Assembly: GCA_963749155.1 (NCBI GenBank)
Contig: CAVVLO010000003.1
Span: 416,001 to 480,000 of the forward strand
DNA: 64,000 bases
Direction of reading: 5' to 3'
Source: an uncultured Armatimonadia bacterium
Lineage (GTDB): Bacteria; Armatimonadota; Zipacnadia; CAVVLO01
A model generated the notes under the pieces. It was given only the letters and a program-made list of their open reading frames with translations. It was not told the DNA's origin and did not search any database. Below, one piece after another: positions 1-10,937 of the stretch. A program made the translations under genes and the position numbers. Every line of letters starts with the position of its first letter. The stretch's first letter is position 1.

Positions 1-4
1 TCGG

Positions 5-817
5 GTGCTCGCCCCGCCGCAGCTAGCCAACCTGGCGCCAATTGACTGGAAAGGCCCGCGGCCCGTCGTTGCTGTAATCAACCTGCCTGGCCTGGCAGGC
101 GCCTGGTCTACGGTATCTCCTGACCAGTGGCTGGAGGCTTTGGGCAAATCCTCTGTGGCCAGTCTGCATGGACTGGCTGTTGTGAAGCTGGAGACTCCAG
201 AGCAGGTGATCGAGGCCCTCGAAGGTGGCCCTGCGCGCTGCCTGGCGATCATCAATCCTTACGGAGAGGTCTTCCCCACACTGGGCCCAAGCGACTGGAA
301 ACAGATGCTCGCTCGCATACGAGGCTATGTCGAAAACGGAGGCTCCTGGTGGGAGACAGGCGGCTACTCCTTCCACTCGGCCGCTTACCCAACTTCAACT
401 GGCTGGGCTTATACGGCGATTGGCCCGCAGGGCCTTGCCGAGTTTGGCCTGCCTATCGGGGGCGGCGAGATAGACCAGGCGCCAGAGCAGCTCTCGGTGC
501 CGCGCGAAGGCCGGGCAATACTCGGGGAGGCGCTTGCAGACGAGCTCTCCGCTCTCAGTTCGACTGTAAACCGCGCGCTGCCATCCGGAGCAGGCGATCC
601 TGGTCATATTACGCTGGCTGCCGGTCAGGGGCAGGACTATATCGGCGGCTACCGGCTTCAGGGCTGGGGGTGGCTCTGGCGAGTGGGCGGTTTCAATCCA
701 AATCCGGAAGTCCTCGTCCCCCTCGTCACGCGCTCGCTGGAGTGGCTCTATACCTCCCCTGCGCCTGAGGTAAAGTCAGGTGGGATTAAGCGGCTGTGGA
801 GTTTCAAATTACGGTAG
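5..817 (+). CDS. C-terminal part of a hypothetical protein (5' truncated by window edge), possibly a GATase-like/trimerisation-type domain of a glycoside hydrolase
   Basis: Open frame from the window edge with protein-like composition; YVENGGSWW resembles the 'yV..GG.l' motif of class-I GATase-like domains. Confidence 0.55.
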   Translation: MLAPPQLANLAPIDWKGPRPVVAVINLPGLAGAWSTVSPDQWLEALGKSSVASLHGLAVVKLETPEQVIEALEGGPARCLAIINPYGEVFPTLGPSDWKQMLARIRGYVENGGSWWETGGYSFHSAAYPTSTGWAYTAIGPQGLAEFGLPIGGGEIDQAPEQLSVPREGRAILGEALADELSALSSTVNRALPSGAGDPGHITLAAGQGQDYIGGYRLQGWGWLWRVGGFNPNPEVLVPLVTRSLEWLYTSPAPEVKSGGIKRLWSFKLR

Positions 818-936
818 ATTACTTGATTCAGATTTCATAAAAGCAGTGTACAATTGAAGGGTAAGCCCTTGCCAAAGAAATTGTCTATGCCCCATACCAA
901 AGGCCTCACAAGTGGTACCTATAAGGAGGATACAGT

Positions 937-2587
937 ATGAGACGGTCACTCTTGCTTGTGCTTCTGCTTACACTGGTTTTCTCGGTCTACAGTTTCGCCC
1001 AGATCAGACTGCAAAAAGATCCCGAGCTCAAAATCCAGCCTCGCATGCAGATTGGCCCTGTGCTCGCGCTACTGGCACGACCTGACCTGGTACCAACCAT
1101 CTCAGGCCCTGCGCGCGCGGAACCCGGCCAGGAGATCAGCCTCAAGATAACTGTCAGCAACAAGGGCAAGGCCAATGTTCAAGGCACCGCAGCTGGTCCC
1201 GACGTCCCGAGTTATGTGGTTGACATCGTGATGTCCTCCATCGCCGACCCCGAGATCCCGGTCATCCCTGCCGTGCAGCCTGTCTACCAGGGACTGACGG
1301 CCGACGATTATGTGGAAGATATGCTGATGCTGGGTGGCCGTATCAGCAACACCCAGTCAATCGGCGTGAACGCAAATCGCGTTTACAACCTGACTACGAC
1401 CATCCCGGCCAAAACCCCCCCTGGCTATTACCATATTGCCGCAGTGGCAGATCCCGCTGACCGGATCTGGGAAAGCAACGAAGGCAACAATGTAGGCCGG
1501 ATGCGCATCCTGATTGCGGCCCGGCAGCAGGGCGACGTGAATCCCCCGGGGGGAGTGAACGTCTGGGTGATGCCTTATGGCGTTGGCGGCACACCTCTCT
1601 TCCGCATCAAGCCCTCTGGGCGCACGGATTACACCGACGGCCTGACCGCCCAGCCAATGACCAATGCGCCTTTCGGGGGCACGCTTGGTTTCCGTATGGG
1701 CCAGAGCAACGTGTTGCCTACCAACGCGATGAAATACTATCGCTTTAGCTATCGCAAAGGCAGCAGTGGACCCTGGACCGAATTCAATGAAGCGGTCAAC
1801 GTCCATTATGTCGTCGAGAGCGGTGGCGATGTCAGCTTCCCGGTGTACAACCTCGGGCCCAAGCCTGTCGCCGACAAGTATCTCTACGAGTTCCGCCCGC
1901 ATAATCCCCCCTCGGTGCCAGGCGCTTCCACCTCCTGGCCGACCACCGACTGGTTCGCGGACATCTACAGCGGCTTCCTGAATACGCCCACACTGACCGA
2001 AGGCGCTTACCAGATAAAGCTCGAAGTCTTCAACTCGGCAGGGGGCCTGGTAACGCCCGGTCCGGGCACCTTCCGGTTCATCCGCCCAACGGCCGAGACG
2101 GCAGGAGGCACCATCAACACGGCAGTAATGACTGCACTTGATGGCGCTGGAGCGGTGTTTAACCTCTACATCGACAACCGGCCTTGTACAGCCTTCATAG
2201 ACCCGCCCGAAATTGGCGGAGTCAGGCCGGGCTGGCCCTTGTGGCTTCCTGCTTTACAAGAACAAGAGCGAGCAAGTCTGGCTGCCCTTCCATGCCAACC
2301 ATCCGGGCGATGAGGCAGTCTTCTCCTTCAGAATCGTGCGGGTCATCACCGGGGTTACCAGCGTGGCCGGTGACGTCAAGATGTCACCGCCAGCTCCCTA
2401 CACCAACGATGGCCACGGCAATCTCCTTGGGAAGTGGTCTGTAACCACCTTGCTTGCAGATTGCCCGACCAGAGCGGCTTACTCGGCCAACCTGAACGTC
2501 TGGGCGAAGGCCACGACAGGCTGGAGCCAGCATATAAACTCGCTGGACGCTTACGCTGTCAGAGCCTTTGCGCTTGATGAAGAATAG
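937..2587 (+). CDS. Secreted CARDB/Ig-like domain protein (one frameshift near 2225)
   Basis: GGAGGA RBS; signal peptide MRRSLLLVLLL...SFA; CARDB-like motifs PDLV...PGQEISLKITVSNKG and ADPADRIWESNEGNN; continues in ORF 2213..2587. Confidence 0.7.
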
Positions 2588-2606
2588 CTGGACGACCTGG
2601 TAGTCC

Positions 2607-2641
2607 AAAGGCGCCCCGATTTCGGTTGGGGCGCCTTTTTT
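2607..2641 (+). terminator. Rho-independent terminator
   Basis: AAAGGCGCCCC...GGGGCGCCTTTTTT hairpin plus T-tract just after the stop at 2587. Confidence 0.85.
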
Positions 2642-2703
2642 ATTAGCTGCGGGAGGACAATTATATTTGCCGACGAAATGTAAAGAAAAATGGAGGTTTG
2701 TCT

Positions 2704-4401
2704 ATGAGCCAACCTTTAAAGCTCTTAGTCATAGGAGGCGTTGCAGCAGGCCCCAAAGCTGCCGCGCGCGCACGCAGACTCGACCCTGAAGCCGAAATCA
2801 CGATTATCGAGAAAGACACCGCTCTTTCTTACGCTGGCTGCGGGATGCCCTACTACATCGGGGGCTGGGTAGACGACGTTCACGAACTGATGGCTACACC
2901 GATTGGAGTGCTGCGCGATCCGACTTTCTTTGCCAATGTGAAGGGCATCAACGTCCGCAACCGGACCGAGGCACTTTCGATTGATCGCCAAAACAAAACA
3001 GTCCTGGTGCGCAGCCTCGAGACTGGCGAAGAGGAAAGCCTTCCTTATGACAAGCTGGTCATCGCGACTGGCGCAGATCCCATCGAGCCGCCCATCCCTG
3101 GTGTAGGCCTGAAAAATGTACTACGCCTGAAGTCTCTCGAAGACGCGGAGATCTTCAAGTCCGTGCTCAACAACGAGGCTTGTCCTTATGTCGCCATCGT
3201 TGGTGGCGGACTTATCGGGATGGAAATGACCGAGGCCCTCATCGAGTGCGGCAGGGGCGTAACCGTCATAGAGATGATGCCTCACATCCTTGCGATGCTG
3301 GATGACGATATGGCCTTGCAGGTAGAACGCCATCTCGAACAGCTTGGCATCAAGGTGATGACAAACACCCGGGTTGAAGAGATCCTGGGCAACGAAGAGG
3401 GCGAAGTCGTTGGAGTGCGCACCTCGGCGGGTGAAGTACCAGCCGAGTTGGTATTGCTTTCCGTCGGCATCAAACCTAACGTAAAGCTGGCGCGGGACGC
3501 AGGGCTTGTAATCGGCCCCTCTGGCGCAATCCACGTCAACCAGTATATGCAGACCTCCGATCTTAATATCTTCGCGGCGGGCGACTGCGCAGAGAAGAGC
3601 TGTTTTATCCAGGGCACCCAGTGCGTACTTCCCCTTGGCTCAGTAGCCAACAAGGAAGGCAGAGTGGCTGGCTCCAACGCTACAGGGAACATCGAACGCT
3701 TCCCTGGCATCGCGGGCGCTACCAGCGTTAAGGTCTTCGACTGGAACGTCGCGCGTGGCGGGATTACTAAAGCGCAGGCAGCAAAACTGGGGATGCAAAT
3801 CGAGTCAGTCGTGGTGACAGGCCCTGACAGGCCTCACTACTACCCAGGTTCGGCGCCTGTAGTCATCAAGCTGATCGCCGACAAGGCGACCAGGAAACTT
3901 GTTGGCTTCCAGGGCGTTGGCCCAGGCGATGTGGTAAAGCGCGCCGATGTGGCAATGACCGCAATGACCGCAGGGATGAGTATAGATGATGTCGCTCATC
4001 TTGATCTCACCTATGCCCCGCCCTATTCGGAAGCGATGGATGTCATCATCGTCGCAGCCAACGCCTTGCGCAACCAGATTGATGGCCTTTATCGCGGGGT
4101 AGGCAGTGTCCAGCTCAAAGCTGCCCAGGATGCCGGCGAGCAGATTTTCATCCTGGACGTGCGCAGTCCACAAGAACTCGAGCAACAGGGCAAGCTGCCG
4201 GGTTCAGTGCTGATCCCGCTTGGGATGCTTCGCAAGCGCATCGACGAGGTGCCGCGTGAGGGGCGCGTTGTCATCTACTGCAAGACCAGCCTGCGCGCCT
4301 GGGAAGCCACCCGTATCCTCCAGGGCTTCGGCTACACCAATACCGAGGTGCTGGATGGAGGCATCCTGGCCTGGCCTTTCGACAAAGAGAAACTCAGCTA
4401 A
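2704..4401 (+). CDS. FAD-dependent CoA-disulfide/persulfide reductase with C-terminal rhodanese domain (CoADR-RHD type)
   Basis: GGVAAG FAD motif, SYAGCGMPYY redox Cys, GGGLIGMEM NAD(P)H motif, AAGDC, YAPPYS, rhodanese LDVR...YCKTSLRA...LDGG. Confidence 0.92.
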   Translation: MSQPLKLLVIGGVAAGPKAAARARRLDPEAEITIIEKDTALSYAGCGMPYYIGGWVDDVHELMATPIGVLRDPTFFANVKGINVRNRTEALSIDRQNKTVLVRSLETGEEESLPYDKLVIATGADPIEPPIPGVGLKNVLRLKSLEDAEIFKSVLNNEACPYVAIVGGGLIGMEMTEALIECGRGVTVIEMMPHILAMLDDDMALQVERHLEQLGIKVMTNTRVEEILGNEEGEVVGVRTSAGEVPAELVLLSVGIKPNVKLARDAGLVIGPSGAIHVNQYMQTSDLNIFAAGDCAEKSCFIQGTQCVLPLGSVANKEGRVAGSNATGNIERFPGIAGATSVKVFDWNVARGGITKAQAAKLGMQIESVVVTGPDRPHYYPGSAPVVIKLIADKATRKLVGFQGVGPGDVVKRADVAMTAMTAGMSIDDVAHLDLTYAPPYSEAMDVIIVAANALRNQIDGLYRGVGSVQLKAAQDAGEQIFILDVRSPQELEQQGKLPGSVLIPLGMLRKRIDEVPREGRVVIYCKTSLRAWEATRILQGFGYTNTEVLDGGILAWPFDKEKLS

Positions 4402-4647
4402 GACGAGACAATCGAGCAAGACTCTGATAAAGTAGCGCCGCACCAAGCCTGAGGGGGAACCTGAAGCCGAGATGCGGCGCTATCTTATTCTGACAACATT
4501 CGCTTCTCCTGCAAGGGTGTCTTCGGCGGTATCTATGCCTGGAGTTCCTTTGCGGTTTCTCTCCCTTCGGATTATGGCTTGTCTATGGTGCCTGCGGGCC
4601 GCCGTTGTCTACTGGGGCTTCGCCTTGAGGAAGCCGAAAAAAGCCTG

Positions 4648-6843
4648 CTAGCCCTCCGGTGCAAGTCTCAGCTTGAAGCTCGCAGGCGCGGTGAACTCGA
4701 TGCATACGCAAGGCAGCAAGGAAGTGCTGGCCTGGTCGGCATAGGCGGGATTAGAATAGACGGCCGCCTGGCCAGGAGGCCGTTCAACTACGCGCGCATC
4801 ACAGCCCTCGGCCAGTGGACTGACTTCGGCGAACTGGGTGTCCACAAGCAGTAGCTGCGAAGGGCCCTCGAGGCCTGGTGTGGTGTGGAACTCAAAACTT
4901 GCAGGAGCGCCCTCATAGGCGCCTGCCACGAAAAGGTGACGGCCGGTTTGGGCGTCTTCTCCGACATAACCAATTGAAAGCGGCGCTACCAGTGTCCCCT
5001 CAGCATCGGTCAGGCGGAAGCGGAACTCGCACCCGCTGTGCTCAGCCAGCGCTCGCAGCAGCACCGGGACAGTCTCGGCGTAGAACAGCTCATAAGGGCC
5101 GCCTCGCGCTGCAGGCACCAAGGCAGGAAACCAGACCAGCCTGCCCTCTCCAAGCCTGTACTGGGCCAGCGCGCAGTGCCCCTCAGAATCCTCAACCAGC
5201 GCTTCCCAGCCTGCTGGCAGGGGCCCTACCCACACAGGGCAAGTCCCCTGGCGCAGTTCCCACGGCGGGCCAGTAAGCCACTCTAGCAACTGGCGAGTCG
5301 CCTGCAATTCGCCTTGGCTCTCGCCGACTTTCGGGAAGACGCCTTTCACAAGACTGGTTGAGGGCGCCTGTTGTATCCCGGGAGAAGGCAGTGTGGCACT
5401 CGACGAGTCGGGGCCGAAGCCTGCAACCACGCCGCCCGCTTGCACCCACTCTTCAACTTGCTGCCAGGCCTCCGCGCGCACCAGGGTGGTGTCAGTAGAG
5501 GGCAAAATCAATAGCTTGCGCCCGGCCAGATCGCCGTCTAGTACAAGTTGCTCATCTGTGACGTCAGGTTGCTCCAGCCAACGTGCCCAACTGAAGCCCC
5601 AGGAGTCCGCAAAGCTGCCGTTGGACAGCGCCGAGTCGTAGACATGAGGGATGTCCGCGTTGCGATAGAGGGGCGCCCTGGCATAACTGCTGCTGACCGT
5701 GTGGAGAAAAGCCAGCCCCTTGCGCGGCACCGCCGTGGGATAGCGTTTCAGCAGCTCCCGCATTTGGAGCAGCGTCCGCACGGTGTCGTTGGTCGCTCCG
5801 CCCCCGCCTGTCGATTCAGTCAGATAACCCATATGCGCGAAGTTGAACTCATGCACCCCCGCCAGCAGGCAATTGAGCGCCACCTTGGCAAGTTCGGTAC
5901 GCCCGAACCGGTTGCCGTCGTTTTCGGTGACCAGGCTGGACAGCCCGTAGGTGTCGCGCAGGGTGACAGCGAGTTTCAGATCGGCGAGGCTATGCCCGTT
6001 GGTAGAGTGAAGGCCGAATCGGGGCAGGCCGCGGCATCTGGAAGCCAGCGCCGAAGCATCGGTGCCCTGGAAAGCCGAGAAGATGCCCACCGAATACTTG
6101 AAGCAGGTCTCCCCGTCGAACCGGTTGCCAAGCAGGAGCAGTTGCTCGCTCATCAGATCGACCAGATACTCGCGCCGCCACTGCATAAATTCCAGCCAAC
6201 TGGCATCTACTTGCTCTCCAGGCGCCGTCCGCGTGGAAGGTTTCGGCAGAGAGAGGCTCTCTGCTGACTCTGAGCTGCCGAAGTAACGCTCGCGCCACTC
6301 GGCATAGCGCTGCCTGGCAAGCGGCCCGTAGCAGAAGAAGACAGGATTATTCCAGTCGGGGCCGAGGTAGTATTCGGTCTCGCCATAAAAGGAAGGGGGA
6401 TTTACGTAGATACGCTTGAGGCGCGGATCTTGGCCATAACGTTCGCAGAAGGCCAGATGGAAGCGCGCCCATTCGGCTCGGAAGGCCAGATCGTAGGGAT
6501 TCTGCCGGTCAGCCTTCGTATTACCGTCTGGATCGGTCTGCGGCTGCCAGAAGACTGAACCCAGATGCGGCACCGGGGACGCCGCGACTTCCAATTTGTG
6601 CGAAGCCGAGGCGGTCAGGTCGGCCTCGAACTGGGTGAAGTCAAAGGGTTGCTCTGGCGAGGTAGCGGTCGGGATTACCAAAAACTCGCAAGTCGCCCCG
6701 AGCTGCTCAAGAGCGCTCCAGTGCGCCTGGTTCAGCAAGTCGGGCCGATGGCATATGACCCCAAGGGGCGAAGACTGGGCAGGCCAGAGCAGCGCAGAGA
6801 CCAGCAGCGCAGCAAAAAAGAGCAACAGGCCCATCCGCGCCAC
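4648..6843 (-). CDS. Secreted GH42-like beta-galactosidase-type hydrolase with trimerisation (GATase-like) domain
   Basis: Signal peptide, TIM-barrel-like region (FYGETEY, W..FMQWRREY), C-terminal LLILP...EWVQAGGVV...LGEGRLVW; start approximate. Confidence 0.6.
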   Translation of the reverse strand: MARMGLLLFFAALLVSALLWPAQSSPLGVICHRPDLLNQAHWSALEQLGATCEFLVIPTATSPEQPFDFTQFEADLTASASHKLEVAASPVPHLGSVFWQPQTDPDGNTKADRQNPYDLAFRAEWARFHLAFCERYGQDPRLKRIYVNPPSFYGETEYYLGPDWNNPVFFCYGPLARQRYAEWRERYFGSSESAESLSLPKPSTRTAPGEQVDASWLEFMQWRREYLVDLMSEQLLLLGNRFDGETCFKYSVGIFSAFQGTDASALASRCRGLPRFGLHSTNGHSLADLKLAVTLRDTYGLSSLVTENDGNRFGRTELAKVALNCLLAGVHEFNFAHMGYLTESTGGGGATNDTVRTLLQMRELLKRYPTAVPRKGLAFLHTVSSSYARAPLYRNADIPHVYDSALSNGSFADSWGFSWARWLEQPDVTDEQLVLDGDLAGRKLLILPSTDTTLVRAEAWQQVEEWVQAGGVVAGFGPDSSSATLPSPGIQQAPSTSLVKGVFPKVGESQGELQATRQLLEWLTGPPWELRQGTCPVWVGPLPAGWEALVEDSEGHCALAQYRLGEGRLVWFPALVPAARGGPYELFYAETVPVLLRALAEHSGCEFRFRLTDAEGTLVAPLSIGYVGEDAQTGRHLFVAGAYEGAPASFEFHTTPGLEGPSQLLLVDTQFAEVSPLAEGCDARVVERPPGQAAVYSNPAYADQASTSLLPCVCIEFTAPASFKLRLAPEG

Positions 6844-6844
6844 C

Positions 6845-7846
6845 TTAGCCCTCCACAGCGGCATCGGCCATCGCGGCCACATTGGCCGGTGGCACGTCAG
6901 GCAGGATGGCCTCGTGGCTCGGGCTGATAATCAGGTTCGGCCCAAGCAACCGCTTGAGCCGGCGCACTTCGGCGCGGATCTCATCGGGCGTGCCGTGTAC
7001 CAGCAGATACTGGGTATCTACCCCGCCCAGGAAGGCTATCTTGCCTTTGAACTCGCGCGCCAGCGTTTCGGCGTCCATATTGGCGGCCTTGGCCTGCAGC
7101 GGGTGCAGGCAGTCCACGCCGGATTCAATCAGCCTGCCGATAACTTTGTATATCGAGCCGCAGGAATGCAGGATGACCTGCTTGCCGAAACGGTGGCCCT
7201 GCTCGGTAAATTTATGGAACCAGGGCATCACGAACTGGTCGAACTGCGTCGGTCCGCAGATGGTATCCACCTGGGTGCCGAAATCGTTGCCGAAGAAGAA
7301 GGCATCAGGCAGGTCGCCGGCCTGGGCGAAAAACCGCTCGTTGGCCTCGTAGTAGAACTGACACACCCGGTCGGTGACGGCCTCTACAAGTTCGGGCTTC
7401 TGGTACATATTGACCAGATAGTCTTCCATCCCGAAAAGGTCCATCACATGGTGGTAGAAGGGCGTCCAGGTACCGCTTGCGCGGTAGTAATCACCGCACG
7501 CCTCGAGCGCCGCGATGGTGGAGGTGAAGTCCATGTAACGCTCTTCTGGCCAGTCGTAGTCATCCAGGTCAGCTGAGGTGTCAGCGTCCGCAAAAGGCCC
7601 TCTTGTGCCGTGAGCATATTTACCCGGGATGACGAACATCCCCTTGCCCTCCGGATGGATATAAGCGCCCGCAGGGATCCACCTGAAGTCATCGCCAATC
7701 TTCTGGCGCAACTCTTCGTCGGTCTTGACTCCAAAATAGGAGAGCAGGCCAGGCCACGAATCCGGATGGGGGTTGCCCATCCAGAAACCGCACCGGTCAG
7801 GTTCTTCGCCTGCGATGATAGTGCGGATGCGTTCTCTGCTGGTCAT
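6845..7846 (-). CDS. Uroporphyrinogen decarboxylase / MtaA-CmuA methyltransferase superfamily protein
   Basis: MTSRERI N-terminus, GNDFGTQ, LHSCG, LHPLQ, FLGGVDTQ, SPSHE motifs. Confidence 0.85.
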   Translation of the reverse strand: MTSRERIRTIIAGEEPDRCGFWMGNPHPDSWPGLLSYFGVKTDEELRQKIGDDFRWIPAGAYIHPEGKGMFVIPGKYAHGTRGPFADADTSADLDDYDWPEERYMDFTSTIAALEACGDYYRASGTWTPFYHHVMDLFGMEDYLVNMYQKPELVEAVTDRVCQFYYEANERFFAQAGDLPDAFFFGNDFGTQVDTICGPTQFDQFVMPWFHKFTEQGHRFGKQVILHSCGSIYKVIGRLIESGVDCLHPLQAKAANMDAETLAREFKGKIAFLGGVDTQYLLVHGTPDEIRAEVRRLKRLLGPNLIISPSHEAILPDVPPANVAAMADAAVEG

Positions 7847-8556
7847 TCGGCAAGCTCCTCAACTTCATCAACTTTAACTGTGTTCAAGATCCGATTGGCG
7901 AGTTCTGCCCTGCGTGAGATCCAGGGTTCCCAGGACTTGAGGCGCTGGAGCCTCCGCTTGAGGTAGGGCGCCACCCAGGCAAACTCGGCGAGGGCGTCGT
8001 CCTTGCCTCTGCCCGACTCGACCATATCCCACAAAGCGTGCAAGGTGTACCAGAAGGGGAAGCCCTGCCAGTTGCCGGCGACCAGGCGGTGTTCTCTTAA
8101 GGTCTCCATCCCGTTAGCCAGGCGCTGTTCCGGTTGATCCAGGCCGCCCCAGGCCAGGTTGCGCCACATGCCGACCGTGCAGTAGTAGCAGCAATAGAAA
8201 CCTTTGGAGGGATCAATCATCTCCGCAAGCTGCTGGTTGGCGGTAGTAAGCGCCTCCTGGATCTCTGGCGAATCAACGCCAAGCCTAAACAAGGCACGAG
8301 AGGACTCTTCGCCCAGGATGTGCTGCCGGCCGCCTCCAAGTCTTATCTCATCGCCGATGAAACAACGCCAGGGTTGTTTTGCCTCGCCTTCTGTAGGGGC
8401 AAAAGTATCGTTATAAGCCCCCGGTAGACCGTGGCGACTGGCAATCCACAAGGCTACTTCCTCGGCTGCTTCCTTTTCGACAGGTTTGTTCCAGAAAAAC
8501 AGCTCCTCACAAGCATTCAGAGTGTCTCCCAAACTCTCTTCATGGACGAGTTGCAT
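7843..8556 (-). CDS. Hypothetical helical protein
   Basis: GGGGGA RBS, ATGA overlap with the next gene, contains GFYCCYYC and FPFWYTL. Confidence 0.65.
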   Translation of the reverse strand: MQLVHEESLGDTLNACEELFFWNKPVEKEAAEEVALWIASRHGLPGAYNDTFAPTEGEAKQPWRCFIGDEIRLGGGRQHILGEESSRALFRLGVDSPEIQEALTTANQQLAEMIDPSKGFYCCYYCTVGMWRNLAWGGLDQPEQRLANGMETLREHRLVAGNWQGFPFWYTLHALWDMVESGRGKDDALAEFAWVAPYLKRRLQRLKSWEPWISRRAELANRILNTVKVDEVEELAE

Positions 8557-8573
8557 ATTCGTCCCCCCTTTAT

Positions 8574-10934
8574 TTACTGCCCGACTTTCAGCGGAAAGGC
8601 CGCGATGCTGTTAGGGGCCATTCCGTCCAGCTCGAACGTAGAGCGCGCAGCCAGATGGCCTCGGTCAAGTTCGACGCCTTCTGGCAGTGTCAGCTTTATA
8701 TCTACAGCTCTCTGGTTGCTATTATAGACTAGTATTTCGTCTCCTCTACAAGTGACAAATATCCCATCGGAAACTCCATCCGGCAAACAGACCTCAGGTG
8801 CTCCCAAAGGCAGGGGAGTGGAGAGCAAGCTGGTAATCAGGGCTGGATAGAAAAGCTGCCCGACGATATCGTCCTGCATCCCGATTAGCAGGCCCTCTCC
8901 CACGGCGAAAGTTGAGGCAGCGAGTTTCTCCCTGTCGATTTCGACCTTGCCAAAGGTTGGCCTGTCAAGAGCAGGATTGCCTCCAGAGGCCGACAAGGTT
9001 AGCGCGCGCGGATATACACACAGCTCGCGGGAGTCGGTAGCGAGCACGAGGGACTGCATCTTAAAGTCTAGCCGTAAAACCATCGAATCTCCCAGCAGGC
9101 TCGAGGGGATCTGGAAGGTCCAGCTATGTTCGTTGCCTTCGCCGCCCTGCATCTGGCCAAGCTCGATACCATTAGCCAGCAAACTGCCACCAACAGGCAC
9201 GCCGCCTTCGTAAGTGAGGGTGTAGTCCAGGGCCGGGTCTACCCGGCAGCAGCAAGGCGGCATCCTTCCCGCCCCAGCGATAGTCGTTTTCCGGATGGCT
9301 CCAGTTGCCGACCAGACGCGCCTCGGCCGGCGGGTTGCCAGGATGGATGACCCACTCGGCGGGCATCTCGACGGGCACGGTTGCCCAGCTTTCAGCCTCG
9401 GGAGCCAAGGGCATCGCTTCCGTAAAGGCAGGCACGCCGCCTCGGGTCCAGGTGCGGAAACCTGGCTGCTCCGTAGCGATGAGCACTCCTCCCCCCTCGA
9501 CCCATTCCATAACCGCCTCGTAAGCCTTGTCTTCCATCGTCTCGCAAGGGCCAAGCAGCAGATAGCGATAACTGTCCAGCTTCCGGTCGCCAGCGAGATT
9601 ATCGTCCACAAAGTCGAAATCCAGATAGTCGCGCAGGCCGTTGTACCTGTTCAGGCTCTCGGTGCCCATCTGGCGCTTGCACAGGGCATCCACGCGGGGA
9701 TAAAAAGCCGCCACGTTCACATAAGGCGTCTTCTGCACCAGGTGCTCGCGTTCAGCTTCCCAGTTGGTAGTGCGCCCCTCGGCTGCCGAAGCGGCGTTGA
9801 AGTTGGCTACCTGCCCTTCGTAATAGTGGATATGGTTACACCCGGCAGCTGCGGCGCCAAAGATGCGCGCCACGACGCCGTGCTCATCCACATTGCCGGC
9901 TGGCTCGAGGCCTGAAGGCACCCCGTACAGCTTCGCTGCCGTGGTGAGCTGCCTCGTGCCCATAAAGTTGCCGTTATAGTTGCTGCCCTCATTGGTCAGG
10001 CGCAGCCAGACGTTATACTCGGCACAAAGCCGCGACTGGCCCGTGATGTCGAAGCCCAGCGGCACGCTGTCGCCTCCGCCAACGCACAGGTATAGCGGTA
10101 CCTCAGGCTTCACGTGCCGGCGAGCGATCTGGAACCACTTCTCGCACCAGTTGGTCATCTCGCCCCGATACCACTCCGACTGGTCAAGCCAGCGGGCATC
10201 GCTCATCGGCAGGTTGGGCAGCAGGAATTCAACCTCATCGAAGCTTCTGAAGCTGGTCTCCCAGGCCTCGTTGAGCGCCCCAATTGTCTCATAACTGGCC
10301 TCGGCCCAGTCGCGGAAAGCTTTCCGGGCGGGGCCTTCGGCGCACCAGAATCCCGCGTGGTTGTGGTACTGGCCGTTCCAGCCGACCGCACCGGCTGGAT
10401 AGATGCTCTCTCCGAAGTCTCCACTTACCCCGAACATCACTGATTCGAGCGCCGGCGAGTCCCCATAACGCTCAAACATCGCTCCCATAACGCGTTCGAT
10501 ATGGGAATCCAGCCCAGGCGTCCATATAGAGCGCGCATCGCTATCTTCATCGTGCTCCAGACACCTGTGCGGGACATCCTCGCCCGACTCGCGATACCAT
10601 TGCGGCGTCGCATAGGAGGGATTGAACATCACGAAGGCCTGCCATTTGAGGCCAGTTTTCCGGCAGATGCCATCCAGTTTGTCAGTCTCGGTCCAGTCCA
10701 TCTGGCCAGGCCCGGCAGGCTCGAAAACAATCCAGGGCATATAGGTCTCGAAGGCGGTAACACCAAGGCCCGGTCGCAAAGGTCGCGGTCCTCTCCATCG
10801 CCGCCACATCGCCGATTGGCCACATCCCGTTGGTGACACTGCCCATCAGTCACTATCATCGGGTCACCTTCATCCGAACAGGCCAGCGAAGTCAGCAGCA
10901 CAATCGCAAATATCGCAAGCAGAATCAGTTTCAT
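8574..10934 (-). CDS. Secreted GH42/GH14-like glycoside hydrolase (frameshifted; ORFs 10629..10934, 9172..10839, 8574..9611)
   Basis: Signal peptide MKLILLAIFAIV; FETYMPW..FEP, GVSGDFGE, FRDW...YETIGALNEAW, GLEPAG, trimerisation-like EWVEGGGVLI. Confidence 0.7.
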
Positions 10935-10937
10935 AGG

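Noticed and set aside
4433..4481. Hairpin AGCGCCGCA...TGCGGCGCT as ncRNA or tRNA
   Set aside because: Single stem between convergent genes without cloverleaf or riboswitch features; at most a terminator-like structure
6845..7846. hemE assignment for the URO-D-like genes
   Set aside because: Lack the HemE N-terminal W.MRQAGR motif and have no tetrapyrrole gene context
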